64,000 nucleotides of DNA from an uncultured Spirochaetota bacterium (GTDB lineage Bacteria > Spirochaetota > Spirochaetia > SZUA-6 > CAVTHK01), in NCBI GenBank assembly GCA_963734495.1, contig CAVTHK010000007.1, forward strand, positions 32,001 through 96,000. Direction: 5' to 3'. The translations under genes and the position numbers were made by a program. The first letter of the stretch is position 1. Each line of letters begins with the position of its first letter. Positions 10,283-21,610 of this stretch are shown here, piece after piece. The notes beneath the pieces were generated by a model. It was not told the origin of the DNA and made no database searches. It saw nothing but the letters and a program-made list of their open reading frames with translations.

Positions 10283-11183
10283 TCTTCTCTTCTCCCCGCC
10301 GGAAGTACCGGAGCTGGATCAGCGACAGCACCACGATCGCGACGAACAGCACGACCCCGATCGCGGTGCCGTAGCCCGCCCGCGAGAAGTAGAACGATTC
10401 GCGGTAGATGTTCAGCGCCATGGTCATCGTGGCGGCTCCGGGACCGCCGCCGGTGAGCGCGAAGATCGAGTCGAAGTCCTTGAGGCCCCGCTCGAAGGTG
10501 AGGATCACGTTGATGGTAAAGGTCGGCGCGAGCAGCGGGATCGTGATGGCGCGGAGCCTCCGCAGCACGTTCGCACCGTCGATCGCGGCGGCCTCCTCGA
10601 GCTCGTGCGGGATGCCCTGCAGCCCGGCGAGGTAGATCATCATCGTCCAGCCCGCGGACCTCCATACCGTCACGAACGCCGCGGCGTAGATCGCGAAGGT
10701 CTGGCTGCTCAGCGCGTTGTTCGCGAGGAGCGTCCAGCCCACCAGCTTGCCGAGCTTCATGAGCGGGTCAGAGTAGAGGAAGCTCCAGATGTAGCCGACG
10801 ATCAGGCCGCTCAGGATGGAAGGCATGAAGATCAGGGCCCGCAGCACGTTCCTGGACCTCATGCTCTGGTTGAGCACGAGGGCCATGACCAGCGCGAGGA
10901 GGTTCTGCGCCACCGTGACCGTGATGGTGTACCGAAAGGTGGTGGAGATCGTCCGCAGGATGTACTGGTCGCCGAACAGCGTCCGGTAGTTCTCCGGCCC
11001 GATAAAGCTCATGCCGCGCCGGATGCCGTCCCAGTCGGTGAGGCTCACGTAGATCGCCTCGAAGAGCGGCACGATGACGAAGAGCAGGAACATCGCCAGC
11101 GCGGGGAGGTAGAGGGAGATCCACGCAAGCTCGTTCTTCACATGGTCCCTGCTGCGCAGGAGGCGACGGCTCATGAGACGCAC
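10275..11183 (-). CDS. carbohydrate ABC transporter permease (MalF-like)
   Basis: FIGPENY, YLAGLQGIP-ELEEAAAIDGA, TGGGPG. Confidence 0.92.
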   Translation of the reverse strand: MRLMSRRLLRSRDHVKNELAWISLYLPALAMFLLFVIVPLFEAIYVSLTDWDGIRRGMSFIGPENYRTLFGDQYILRTISTTFRYTITVTVAQNLLALVMALVLNQSMRSRNVLRALIFMPSILSGLIVGYIWSFLYSDPLMKLGKLVGWTLLANNALSSQTFAIYAAAFVTVWRSAGWTMMIYLAGLQGIPHELEEAAAIDGANVLRRLRAITIPLLAPTFTINVILTFERGLKDFDSIFALTGGGPGAATMTMALNIYRESFYFSRAGYGTAIGVVLFVAIVVLSLIQLRYFRRGEEKIA

Positions 11184-11293
11184 CCTCGAATGACCTGGAT
11201 TCGCGGCGGGATACTACCACGCACCCGCGCCGCGGCTCAACGGGGGGCCGCGGCGGCCGCGGGGCCGCGGGGCCGCGGGGCCGGACGCGGGCC

Positions 11294-12148
11294 CTACGGC
11301 ACGGCCGCGCTCCATGGCACGGCGGCCAGGGGGACCGCCATGCGGACCGTCTTGAGGGGATTGACGATCTGGCTGATCCGCAGATCGCCCGCCAGGCTCA
11401 GCAGCATGCGGGCTTCGTCGTACGAAAGCGGGCTGTGGCGCGAGATCACCTGCGCCGTCTCCTCGACGGCCGCCGCGGCGGCAGCATCGAGCGATTCGGC
11501 CGACGCGATGACCATGAGCTCGCCCCCGCGCACGAGGTAAGGCCGCGACGAAAGGCCGCGCTGCAGCACCCGCACGCGCAGCGTGACCTCCGCCGCCGTC
11601 TCGATGCCCTGCCCCGAAGTCTCGCCGTCGCCCTGCAGGGTGTGCACGTCGCCCAGCGCGAGCAGCCCGCCCTGGACGCGAGCCGTCAAGTGCAGGGTGG
11701 CGCCCGCGGCGACGTCGCGCGTATCCATGTTTCCGCCGTGGTCTCCTGGCACCCGCGTGCTGCGATCCCCCTCGCCCGGCGCGACGCCGATGGTGCCGAT
11801 CATCGGGGCCGCGGCGAGCCGGACCGCCGGGTGAAAATCCACCACCCGCGAGGCCGCGCCGAAAAACCTTGGCTTGCGATGGAAGCTCAAGAACCCCTGC
11901 CCGACCGGCTCTACGGCCAGCACGTCGACGGCCAGCACCTCCCCCGGCCGGACGCCCGTGACCGCAATCGGGCCGGTGGCGGGGTTGACCTTTTCGAGCT
12001 GCGGCGCTTCCGCCATGCCGGGCCTCACTTCGCCGTTGAGAGCGTCGCGGGTCGCCACGACGAACACTTCGCCGGGCTCGACCGCGGCCGCGGGAGCCAT
12101 GTCCGGTCGGAACGACCAGATGACGGACTCGCTGCCGATTCTCCGCAT
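11294..12148 (-). CDS. acetamidase/formamidase family protein
   Basis: NPATGPI, PMIGTIGV, HGGNMD and LGDVHTLQGDGE motifs; SD GGAGG upstream of ATG at 12148. Confidence 0.88.
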   Translation of the reverse strand: MRRIGSESVIWSFRPDMAPAAAVEPGEVFVVATRDALNGEVRPGMAEAPQLEKVNPATGPIAVTGVRPGEVLAVDVLAVEPVGQGFLSFHRKPRFFGAASRVVDFHPAVRLAAAPMIGTIGVAPGEGDRSTRVPGDHGGNMDTRDVAAGATLHLTARVQGGLLALGDVHTLQGDGETSGQGIETAAEVTLRVRVLQRGLSSRPYLVRGGELMVIASAESLDAAAAAAVEETAQVISRHSPLSYDEARMLLSLAGDLRISQIVNPLKTVRMAVPLAAVPWSAAVP

Positions 12149-12164
12149 TGATCCTCCTTGCCGC

Positions 12165-13310
12165 CTACCGCGTGTAAGGGTCCGCGGCGTCGCGCAGACC
12201 GTCACCGAGAAAGTTGAAAGCCAGCACCGCCACCACGACGAACAGGCCGGGGATGAACAGCCACGGCGCCACGACGACCGTGCGCACGTTCTGGGCCTCC
12301 TGGAGCAGGACGCCCCAGCTCACGATGGGAGGCCGCAGGCCCAGGCCGAGAAAGCTGAGCGCGGTCTCGCTCAGGATCATGTCCGGGATCGACAGCGTGA
12401 TCGAGGCGATGATGTGGCTCATAAAGGACGGCACCATGTGGCGGGCGATGATGGCCAGCTCGCTCGCGCCCGCGATGTTGGCCGCCATGATGAAGTCCTC
12501 CTCGCGCATCGCGAGAAAGCGGCCCCGGACCACGCGCGCGAGCCACGTCCAGCTGATCAGGGACAGGATCACCGTGATGCCGAAGTACACCTTGAGCGCG
12601 GACCAGTGCGGCGGAAGCGCCGCGCTGAGCGCCATCCACAGCGGGATGCTGGGCACCGAGCGCAGGAACTCGATGACGCGCTGGATGACGTCGTCGATGG
12701 CGCCGCCGTAGAATCCCGAGACTCCGCCGATGAGGATCCCCAGAACCAGGCTCAGCGTGACGCCGACCAGGCCTATCGACATGGAGATGCGTGTGCCGTA
12801 GACCACGCGCGACAGGAGGTCCCTGCCGTTGCGGTCCGACCCGAGCAGGTACATCGTCCCGCGGGGGTCCCTGATCCCGACGAGATGCAGGTCGGACTCG
12901 AAGAGGCCCCACAGCCTGTACCTGGCCCCGTGCACGAAGAAGTAGAGAGGATAGCGCGCGGCCTTGTCCGGCACGTATCGCGCCCGCAGGGTGTAGGGGT
13001 CGCGCGTCATTGCGAGCCCGTAGACGAAGGGCCTGAGATGCAGCGCCTGCCCGTCGAAGAACCGGACCCTCTGCGGCGGGGCGAAGGTGTAGTCGGCGTT
13101 GTACCGGAACGGGTCGTCCGGCGCGAGGAACTCGCAGAAAAGGGCGATCAGGTACAGCAGCGCGATCACGACGCCGCTGGCGATCGCCGGCTTGTGCCTG
13201 CGGAACTTCCACCAGATGAGCTGCCACTGGGACGCGACCAGGAGCCTCTCGCGCTCCGGGGTCGCGGCAGGCGCCTCGTCGGGACGCGCGCCTTCTTCCG
13301 ACATCGGCAT
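12165..13310 (-). CDS. Opp/Dpp-family ABC transporter permease (OppC-like)
   Basis: LGSDRNGRDLLSR, ETALSFLGLG, FNFLGDGLRDAADP. Confidence 0.92.
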   Translation of the reverse strand: MPMSEEGARPDEAPAATPERERLLVASQWQLIWWKFRRHKPAIASGVVIALLYLIALFCEFLAPDDPFRYNADYTFAPPQRVRFFDGQALHLRPFVYGLAMTRDPYTLRARYVPDKAARYPLYFFVHGARYRLWGLFESDLHLVGIRDPRGTMYLLGSDRNGRDLLSRVVYGTRISMSIGLVGVTLSLVLGILIGGVSGFYGGAIDDVIQRVIEFLRSVPSIPLWMALSAALPPHWSALKVYFGITVILSLISWTWLARVVRGRFLAMREEDFIMAANIAGASELAIIARHMVPSFMSHIIASITLSIPDMILSETALSFLGLGLRPPIVSWGVLLQEAQNVRTVVVAPWLFIPGLFVVVAVLAFNFLGDGLRDAADPYTR

Positions 13311-13321
13311 CGTGGTCCTCC

Positions 13322-14314
13322 TCAGCGCCTTCCCTGGAAGCGTATCCGGGGGTCGAGCAGGGCGAGCAGCACGTCCGAAACGAACGTCCCTATGACGGTG
13401 AGAGTGCTGAGCATGAGGATAAAGCTCCCCGCGAGGTACATGTCCTGAGACGTCAGCGAGAACAGCAGCAGCGGTCCGGCCGTCGGCAGGCTCAGCACGA
13501 CCGACACGATCGTCGCTCCCGAGACCAGGCTCGGCAGGTACCAGCCGAGCGTGCTGACGAACGGATTCATGGCGATCCGAACGGGATATTTGAACAGCAG
13601 CTTCGACTCCGTCACGCCCTTGGCGCGCGCGGTGATGACGTACTGCTTGCGCAGCTCGTCCAGGAGGTTCGCCCGCATCACCCGGATCAGGCCCGCCGTC
13701 CCGCCCATCCCGAGGACGATCATCGGGATCCACAGGTGCTTGATGAGGTCCCACACCTTGGCGAAGCTCCACGCGGCCTCCTGGAACTCCGACGAGAACA
13801 GCCCGCCGACGCTGATCTTGAAGGTGGACAGGGACACCCACATCAGGATCAGGGCGAGCATGAAGTCGGGAATCCCGCGGCCCACAAAACCCAGGAACGT
13901 GAAGGCGTAGTCGCCAAAGGAGTACTGGTGCGTGGCCGAGTAGACCCCGACGGGGATGGCTATGATCCAGGTGAACACGAGCGTCGCGAGCGAAATGACG
14001 ATCGTGAGCAGGAGCCGCTCGCCGATGAGCTCGCTGACGGGCCTGTTGCGCTGAAACGACATGCCGAAGTCGCCGTGCAGGACGCCCCAGATCCACTTGG
14101 CGAACTGCACGTACCACGGCTGATCGAGCCCGTAGCGCTCCCGCAGCGCGTCGATCTCCGACTGGTCGACGACGGTTCCCCTGCTCTGGAGCTGAGCGAT
14201 GTAGGAGGTCAGGTAGTCTCCGGGGGGAAGCTGGATGATCACGAAGCTGATGATCACGATGGCGATCATCGTCGGGATCAGCAGGAGCACCCGTCGCGCA
14301 AGGAAACGCAGCAT
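13322..14314 (-). CDS. Opp/Dpp-family ABC transporter permease (OppB-like)
   Basis: LPPGD, YGLDQP, GDFGMS, TARAKG, LDPRIR. Confidence 0.92.
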   Translation of the reverse strand: MLRFLARRVLLLIPTMIAIVIISFVIIQLPPGDYLTSYIAQLQSRGTVVDQSEIDALRERYGLDQPWYVQFAKWIWGVLHGDFGMSFQRNRPVSELIGERLLLTIVISLATLVFTWIIAIPVGVYSATHQYSFGDYAFTFLGFVGRGIPDFMLALILMWVSLSTFKISVGGLFSSEFQEAAWSFAKVWDLIKHLWIPMIVLGMGGTAGLIRVMRANLLDELRKQYVITARAKGVTESKLLFKYPVRIAMNPFVSTLGWYLPSLVSGATIVSVVLSLPTAGPLLLFSLTSQDMYLAGSFILMLSTLTVIGTFVSDVLLALLDPRIRFQGRR

Positions 14315-14323
14315 CGGCCCTCC

Positions 14324-16808
14324 CTACCCGTCCAGGCCGGCCCAGCCGCGGAGCCCGCCGTCGTCGGTGATCTCGAGCCGCCCGCCGGCCCCGCGCGCCT
14401 CGTACCGCTCGCGCGCCGTCGCGTACGCGCGCTCGACCTCCCACGGCGGCAGGACCGCGTTCCGCGCGTCCACCAGTCCGGACAGCCGCACCAGCCGCGG
14501 GGCAAGAGCCGAGACCAGGTCCGGCAGATCGAAGTGCTCGAGCGCACCCGGCACGACCACGGAGCTCTCCCGGTCGCCCTGGATCCATAGCGGGAACGGG
14601 TCGGCGACGAGGCGCCCGTAGGAGACGAGCGAGCCGCGGATGGACAGCGCGCCGACACGCTCGCTCAGCACGGCGGCGAACAGGCCCCACAGCCCCGCCG
14701 CGCCCTCGCCGATCAACGCCACGCGCCCGCTGTGGCCCTGAATCTCGAGCGCCCGTACGGCGGTCAGGATGTCGAGCACATACTGGCCGATCAGCGGCCT
14801 GCCCACGGCGAGCGCGTCGTGGGTCCGGCGGGTCTCGCGTGTCGAGATGCCGAACCTCACCTCATCCTCCAGGGGCGCCGTCTCGCCGCAGCCGCGGACC
14901 GCGAGCCCGGCCACGACGCGGCCTTCGCGAAGCAGATCCTCGACGCCCTCCGCGCCCGCGAGGAGCTCGCCCCCGGCAGGCGGACGGTCGCGCACGAAGA
15001 GCACCGGACGGCCGAAGACCGATCCCCTGGGGCTCGTACACCTCCAGCCGGAGGGGAAGTCCCGCCTCGGCCTCGACCGACAGCTTCCTGACCACCCACG
15101 CCTCGCCGTCGACCTCGCCCGCCGCCTCGATCTTCGGCGTTGCCGGCGGGTCTCCCGGACGGAGGCAGTCGCGGAGCCGCCCGCGGACCTCGCGGCAGTA
15201 CTCGAACCAGCCGCCGCAGCTCGCGGGCGTCGGCCGCCGCGAAGCCGCGGCCGCCGCTGACTTCTCCAGGAGCGAGTGGACGGTCTCGCTGCCGAACTCC
15301 TCGACCATGCTCGAGCTGGACGCGACGTCCAGCGGAGTCGGCTGCCTCCGCCCGCCGGGGCCGACCGAGGAGGGCAGAAGGTCGGAGTGCGTCTCTCCAA
15401 TGCCCGCCTCAGGATCGCCGAGCTCCCGGTTGAACGTCCAGTAGACGAGCTGCCGCACGGAGTCGGAGCAGTGGAACCCCTGAATGACGGCCATCGAAAC
15501 CCTGTCTCCGAGACCCAGGCGATCATAGATGCCTTTCAGCTCGCGGTAGACCAGCTGCGTGCACCATACCGGCTGGGCGTCATGGCTCGCGATCTCGAGG
15601 ACGAGCGCCCGCGGCGCGATCAGGGCCGCGACTGCCGTGTAGCTCAGCCCCTCGGAGAGCAGCGTGAGCGGGAAGGTCTCCTCCGTCAGGAACGATTCGC
15701 CGCCCCGCCTGTTGTGGCCCGCGTGGGGTCCGATCATGACGGCCGCCGTGTCGTAGATCATGGACATGCAGAGCGCCGCTTTGACCCGCTCGTCGAGCGC
15801 GGCGACGTAGAGGCTCTGACCTCCCCCTCCCGAGCACCCCCAGATTCCGATGCGGGCGGGGTCCACCTCCGGCCGCGCGCTCAGATAGTCGATCGCCCTG
15901 ATTCCGTCCCAGAGGAAATACCGCGTGAGCGACTGCCCGAGCAGGATGGCGTTGAGCGCCTCCAGGTGATGCGCATACCCGGACCCGTTGTAGTGCATGT
16001 CCGCGGTCGTCCAGGGCGACCCGTCCCAGCCCATCTCGTTCTGTCCCGGTGGGTCGATCTGGAGCGTCACGAACCCTTTGCGGACCAGGTTGACGTTTGC
16101 CATCTGCACGAGCTGCGGCTCGCTCTTGGCGGCCACGGAATGGCCGCAGACCCCGAGGATCGCGGGAGCAGGGCGCGAGAGGCCTTTGGGCAGGTACAGA
16201 TTCCCGGGAACGTAGAAACCGGGGAAGCTCTGAAAGACCACGTTCTCGATCACATAGCTCCCGCGGTCGATCACCCGCAGCGTCCGCGCCTCCAGCGGCG
16301 TCTTCTCGGGCAGCCCGCCGAGCCCCGCGATCAGCCTCTCTCTGATCCTCTGCTGGTAGGCCCTAAGAGTCTCCAGGCCGTCTATGGCGGCGCGCTCCGC
16401 CTTCTGCGCGGCGTCGAGCCCGCGCGCCTTCTCTGTCAGGAAATCCTTGAACGGGGCTCCGGACGGCGCGACCCCGGGCACCGGCACCTCGGTGGAAAAC
16501 AGCAGCTGTTTCCACGGGCCGGATTCGGCGCCTGAACCGCTTTGTACGCGCAGATAGTACCCGAAGCCCGGGCTCAGGTCATCGAGCCGGACCTCGTGCT
16601 CGCGCCGGGCGGCGGGATCCGACCCGCGCCGCCCGTAGACGAGCTCCGGCCCGAGGACGATCCGCTCGTTGTCGCGGCGGTCCGAAGCGCCGTAGTCCAG
16701 GACCGTCGCGAGCTCCCAGCGCGCGTCCGACGGAGCCTCCGTCCGCCAGCGGACGACGGCGTGCGTCGCGCCGACCTCCGCGAGGTGCAGTCCCGCGATC
16801 CCGGTCAT
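14324..16808 (-). CDS. tandem alpha/beta-hydrolase (acetylxylan-esterase-like) with N-terminal FN3-like domain (1 frameshift)
   Basis: N-terminal beta-sandwich (AVVRWRT...HEVRLDDLSPG..YY). First hydrolase domain has GCSGGG; second is degenerate (GEGAAG). Shift near 15020. Confidence 0.72.
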
Positions 16809-16836
16809 GCTTCGGGCACGGCCCCGGAAGCGTACG

Positions 16837-18771
16837 CTACTGCGCGAACCAGAACTGCTCGGGATTCGTCGTCCCGATGTTGCCGACGACCCACTCGCAG
16901 TCCCAGCCCTCGTTGGGCACGTTTCTCATGCGGTTGCTCACGGGCACCGGAACCGTCGCGCGATCGCAGATGCCCATGTGGAACAGATTCTCCGCCTGTA
17001 TGTCCATGATCTGCTTCCACAGCGCGACCTGCTTGGCCTGGTCCGCCGTGACCAGCGCCTGGTCGTAGAGCTCGAGCTGGCGCTTGACCTCGGGCGGCGG
17101 CTCGATGCCCTGCTTGCCCTTGGTGTTGTACCACAACCCCCACAGCGGAGCGTAGTTGTTGCCCGAGTTGACCGGGATGTAGTCGGCCGGGTTCAGAAGC
17201 GGCCAAAGCCCGTTCCCCGCGAAGTCGGCGCTCGCGTCGAAGTCCCCGCTGTTCCGCCTGGTGGTGAACAGGCTGCCTTCGATGGCCTTGGGCGTCGCCC
17301 TGACGCCGACCTCGGTCCACCACTTGCCGATCATCTCCAGGGCGTCCTGGAAGTCGTCGCGGAAGCTGTAGGTCTCGACCACGATCTCGAGGGGTTTCCC
17401 GTCCGGCCGCAACCGTATGCCGTCCGGCCCGCGCTTCAGGCCCATCTCGTCGAGAAGGGCGTTGGCCCGCGCCGGGTCGTACTTGACGAAGCTCTGCGCC
17501 GCGCCCTCGTGGTAGAAGGGGCTCTCGCGCTTGGGCGCGACCTGGCGGATCTCCTTGGGCTGCCCGAGGTAGATGAGCTTGCGGATGTCCTCGCGGTTGA
17601 TCGCCTGCGACATTGCGATCCGGAAACGCTTGTCGAGGAAGATCTGCCTCAGCACCGGGTCCTTGTGGTTCAGGTTCAGGCCGAGAACAAAGACGTTCGG
17701 CTCCGCGATCGGCGCGTCGATGACCTTGTACTTGCCGACCGCCTCGTTCTCCTTGAGCACCATCGTGTCCCTCGGGAACTGGCCGACGACGAACATGTCG
17801 AGGTCGTGCTCGCCCGAGAACGTCTTCATCTGCGCGACTTCGGTGTTGGCCGCCCCCGAAACCTGGATCTTGTCGATGTAGGGGAGCTGGTTCCCCGCCG
17901 TGTCCACCTTCCAGTAGTAGGGGTTGCGCACGTAGGTGGCCCCGTCCGTCTGGGTGGACTCGCGCTTCCACGCGGTGACCACGGGGCAGTCCGCATTGAT
18001 GTTGTAGGCCATCCGGTTCAGGAAAAGCCTCGCCCAGTTGTCCATCCCCTTGTCCTTGGCCATCTTGTTCAGATCGTCCACCTTGGCGTACTTCGGGTGG
18101 AACTGCTGCAGGTAGTGCTTGGGCACGTAGCACTTGAACTGCGGCTGGGCGATCTGGCGCAGGAACAGCGCCGACTCCTTGGTGTAGGAGAACCGCACCG
18201 TGTACTCGTCGAGCTTCTCGAACTTCGGCTTCTCACCGCCTGACAGCAGGTAGGTGGGATAGCTCGGGTAGAGCTCGGGGGTGCCGAGCACGTCCACGAC
18301 GAAGAACTCGATGTCGTCGGCGTTGAACGGCTGGCCGTCCGACCACTTGATCCCCTTGTGGATGTACAGGGTAAAGACCTTGCCGTCCTTGACGTCCCAC
18401 TTCTCGATGAGGTTGGGGATCACCTCGTAGTCGTACATGCGGAAACGCAGCAGCGACTCGTAGTACTGCAGCGCCTCGTAGGCGGTGTCGTCCCTCTGGT
18501 TAAGCTCCCGCCACGTGCCGCCGTACTTGCCGACCTGGTCTTTCCACGGCTTGATCACCACCGGCTGCTGCGGGAGCCGGTCCTTGACCGGCGGAAGCTT
18601 GCCGTCCTTGACCATGGCGGCAAGCATCGGCGCCTCCTTGTAGCCGCCGGTCCCCGCGGCCGCCTGCGGCTGCGCCTTCCCGCTCTCGCCCTCCTTCGTG
18701 CCGCCCGCGAATGCCACGGTCCCGGCAAGCAGCAGCGCCACAAACAGGCAGAAGATCCTTCTTTCGCTCAC
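16837..18771 (-). CDS. Opp-family (SBP family 5) substrate-binding protein, likely oligosaccharide-binding
   Basis: Spirochaete-style signal FAGG; EAPMLA..GKLPPVKDRLP, WSDGQPF, RNPYYWKVDTAGNQLPYID; GTG at 18771 after GAGGAGG. Confidence 0.9.
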   Translation of the reverse strand: MSERRIFCLFVALLLAGTVAFAGGTKEGESGKAQPQAAAGTGGYKEAPMLAAMVKDGKLPPVKDRLPQQPVVIKPWKDQVGKYGGTWRELNQRDDTAYEALQYYESLLRFRMYDYEVIPNLIEKWDVKDGKVFTLYIHKGIKWSDGQPFNADDIEFFVVDVLGTPELYPSYPTYLLSGGEKPKFEKLDEYTVRFSYTKESALFLRQIAQPQFKCYVPKHYLQQFHPKYAKVDDLNKMAKDKGMDNWARLFLNRMAYNINADCPVVTAWKRESTQTDGATYVRNPYYWKVDTAGNQLPYIDKIQVSGAANTEVAQMKTFSGEHDLDMFVVGQFPRDTMVLKENEAVGKYKVIDAPIAEPNVFVLGLNLNHKDPVLRQIFLDKRFRIAMSQAINREDIRKLIYLGQPKEIRQVAPKRESPFYHEGAAQSFVKYDPARANALLDEMGLKRGPDGIRLRPDGKPLEIVVETYSFRDDFQDALEMIGKWWTEVGVRATPKAIEGSLFTTRRNSGDFDASADFAGNGLWPLLNPADYIPVNSGNNYAPLWGLWYNTKGKQGIEPPPEVKRQLELYDQALVTADQAKQVALWKQIMDIQAENLFHMGICDRATVPVPVSNRMRNVPNEGWDCEWVVGNIGTTNPEQFWFAQ

Positions 18772-18855
18772 GGCAAACCTCCTCGGGTCAGCACCCGTTC
18801 CCCTTCTCCGTTTCCAGCAGGGCGCGGTGGACCGCGCCCGATCCGGACCCGCTGC

Positions 18856-18884
18856 AGTATAGGACCGGTCTCCGGAGCTGTCAA
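18856..18884 (-). promoter_or_regulatory. sigma70-type promoter of the Opp/esterase/amidase operon
   Basis: TTGACA (18884-18879), 17-bp spacer, TATACT (18861-18856). Confidence 0.8.
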
Positions 18885-18956
18885 ACAAAACCGCGCGCTG
18901 CCCTTGACGTGAACCCGGCCGCGGGCTATGGGTGCGCGAAGAGGCGAAGAACAACG

Positions 18957-19234
18957 ATCAAGCGAGGCAGGCGGGGAGGCCCGGGCGACGGCGTCCTGAT
19001 CACGGGCTGCTCGTCCGGCATCGGGCGGGCGACCGCGATCGCCCTGGCGCGCGCCGGCTTCACCGTGTGCGCGACCGTGCGCAAAGCGGCGGACGCCGAG
19101 AGCCTTCGAGGGCTCGGCGAGACTGGGCTCCTTCCCCTTTTCCCTCTCGACCTCACGCGCCTGACGGACGTCGCCCCGATCGTGGAGACCGTCGCCGCGC
19201 GTGGTCCTGCGGGCGCTGCGCGCGGCGGGGCCGT
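18957..19234 (+). pseudogene. truncated short-chain dehydrogenase/reductase fragment
   Basis: VLITGCSSGIGRATAIALARAG..VCATVRK...LDLT Rossmann N-terminus only. It runs into the 3' end of the convergent ptsP and has no YxxxK. Confidence 0.6.
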
Positions 19235-21496
19235 CTACGCTCCCGTGCCGTCCATCCGGACGCGCAGCCCCTGCAGGTACGCGTCCATGTCGCGTGCAGT
19301 GCGGATCGCGAGCATGTCGGCGGCGACCCGCTCGCACTCGGCGATCGAGAGCCGGCTCGCGCCGGCCCGAAGATCGGCCAGGCGCTCGGGGGCGGCGCTG
19401 AGCCGGCGCACGCCGATGCCCAGGAGAAAGGGGATCATCAGAGGGTCCGCGGCGCTGTCGCCGCAGACCGACAGGTCTGCGATCTTGCCTCCCATCCCGC
19501 GCGCCACCTGCGCCAGGGAGCGCAGCACCGTCGGATGGTGGCTGCGGTACAGCCGGCTCAGCCGCTCGTTCGTGCGGTCCACCGCCAGCAGGTACATGAT
19601 CAGGTCGTTCGTCCCGATCGACAGAAAGTCCGTCGCCGCGGCCAGGTCCTCGATCACCATGACCGCCGAAGGCAGCTCCACCATCGCCCCCACCCGCGGC
19701 CGCGCGTTGTGAGGCACGCCTTGAGCCTCCAGCTCCCGCCGGCACAGCTCCAGCTCGACCCGCGTCTCCTCGATCTCCTCGAGGCTCGAAACCATCGGGA
19801 GGAGGATGCCGAGGTCGCGATCGACGCCGGCCCGCAGCATCGCGCGCAGCTGCTCGCGGAACAGCACCCTGTTGGCGAGTGAGAACCGGATGCCCCGGAC
19901 CCCGAGGAACGGGTTGCTCTCCTGCTCCTCCCTCCCCTGCATCAGCTTGTCGCCGCCTATGTCGGCGGTCCGCAGCGAGACCTCGCATCCGGGGAGCGCG
20001 TCGACGATCCTGCGGTACGTGGCGAGCTGTTCCTCCTCGTTCAGGAAATCGTTGCGTATGATGAAGAGGAACTCGCTGCGGTAGAGCCCGATGCCTTCCG
20101 CGCCCAGAGACGCCGCGAGGCGCGCGTCCTTGAACAGGTTGACGTTCGCGAGCACCCGCACCCTGACGCCGTCGCGGGTGGTCGTCGCGACCGGCGCGGA
20201 GGCAGCCTGCGCGCGGTCGGTCCCGGCCGCAGCGGCGGCGGGCGCGGCCGCCCGGACCGCCGGCGGGGACGGCGGGTCCACGTAGAGCCGGGCGCCGGTG
20301 GCGTCGAGCACCACGGGCGTGCCGGGGACGATGTCGAGGATCGAACGGTCGTGGGTGATCAGCACGGGCAGCGACAGCGAGCGCGCCAGGATCGCGACGT
20401 GGGCGGTAACGGCTGCGCCGAGCAGGACGACCCCTTCGGCCCGCTGGGCCGCCAGCCGGACGAGGTCCGAAGGATAGACGTGGCCGGCGAGCACGATGCG
20501 GCCCCGGTAGTCGCTCTGCTCTCCGGCCCGGCCCGACAGGTTGCGCAGCAGGCGGTAGCCGAGGTCGCGCATGTCCTGGCCCTTCTCGGCCAGCCGCGTC
20601 TCGCTCATCGCGTCGAAGATGTGCGCGTAGTGGGCCACCACCTCGCGGACCGCGGCTTCGGGCGACCGGCCCCCTTCGACCAGGCGGCGCATCGCGCCCG
20701 TGAACGAGTCGTCGTTGAGCATCAGGAGGTGGGCGGAAAAGATGAGCTCGACCACGTCCGCGAGCTGCGACGTGGAGTCGCCGACCAGCTCTTCGATCTG
20801 CCGCCGCGTGAGCTCGAGCGCATCGTTGAAACGCGCCACTTCGGCCCCACCGGCGGCCTCCGTTGCGCCCGCGCCTTTCACCTCGCCGCGCGAGGCCCCG
20901 CCAGGCTCCCGGGCGCCGGGATCCTCCAGGGGCGGGATTCCGAGGCCGCATCCAGGAGGAGCGCGCTGCCCTGGGCGACCCCGGCGGAAGCCGTCTCGCC
21001 GTGGATCAGCCTTCCGCCCGACGACGCGGCGCCCTCGATCCGGCTGTCGAGGAGCACGGATGCGCTCTCGAGGACCGAACCCAGCCGGGCGGCGATGCCC
21101 CGCAGCTCCGCCTCGTCCGCGGGATCGACCGGTCCGGGACGATCGATGACGAGGGCGCCGATGCGATCGGGCCCGCGCGTGATCGGAAAGACGAACCGCG
21201 TGGAGCCGCTCCGGTTCGCGAGCCGCGTCACGCGGCGCTCCCGGACGGCCCCGTCGATGGAATGGCCCGCGCCGGCTTTGTCCGGCAGGTCATCGCCCGC
21301 GCCCGCCGTGGCCCGCAGCACGAGGACGTCCGGCGCTCTGTCGAGGACGTAGATCGCGCAGAGCGTGGCCTGGCCCGCGCGCACGACCATTCCCGCGGCG
21401 CTGCTCCAGGAACACGGACACGTCCGATTCGCGCTCGAAGAGCGAGGCTTCGCGATCGATCGCAAGTGAGAGCCGCCTGATGTCCACGCGTGCCAT
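19235..21496 (-). CDS. ptsP: PEP-protein phosphotransferase with N-terminal GAF domain (EI-Ntr/PtsP-like; 2 frameshifts)
   Basis: GAF-like N-terminus (CAIYVLD..LVLRATAG); TAHVAILARS phospho-His; GIGLYRSEF, RTADIGGDK, NPFLGVRGIR, SIGTNDL, VCGD. Shifts near 21400 and 20900. Confidence 0.85.
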
Positions 21497-21610
21497 TGTC
21501 GCCCCTTTTCGAGAGAGATGCCGTCCGCGCCGCCGCGGCGTCACGGGCAAATGTAACCCTTGCGCGCGCCCGGGCATAGACGCGCCGGGCTCGCGACATC
21601 CGCAGTCGGC

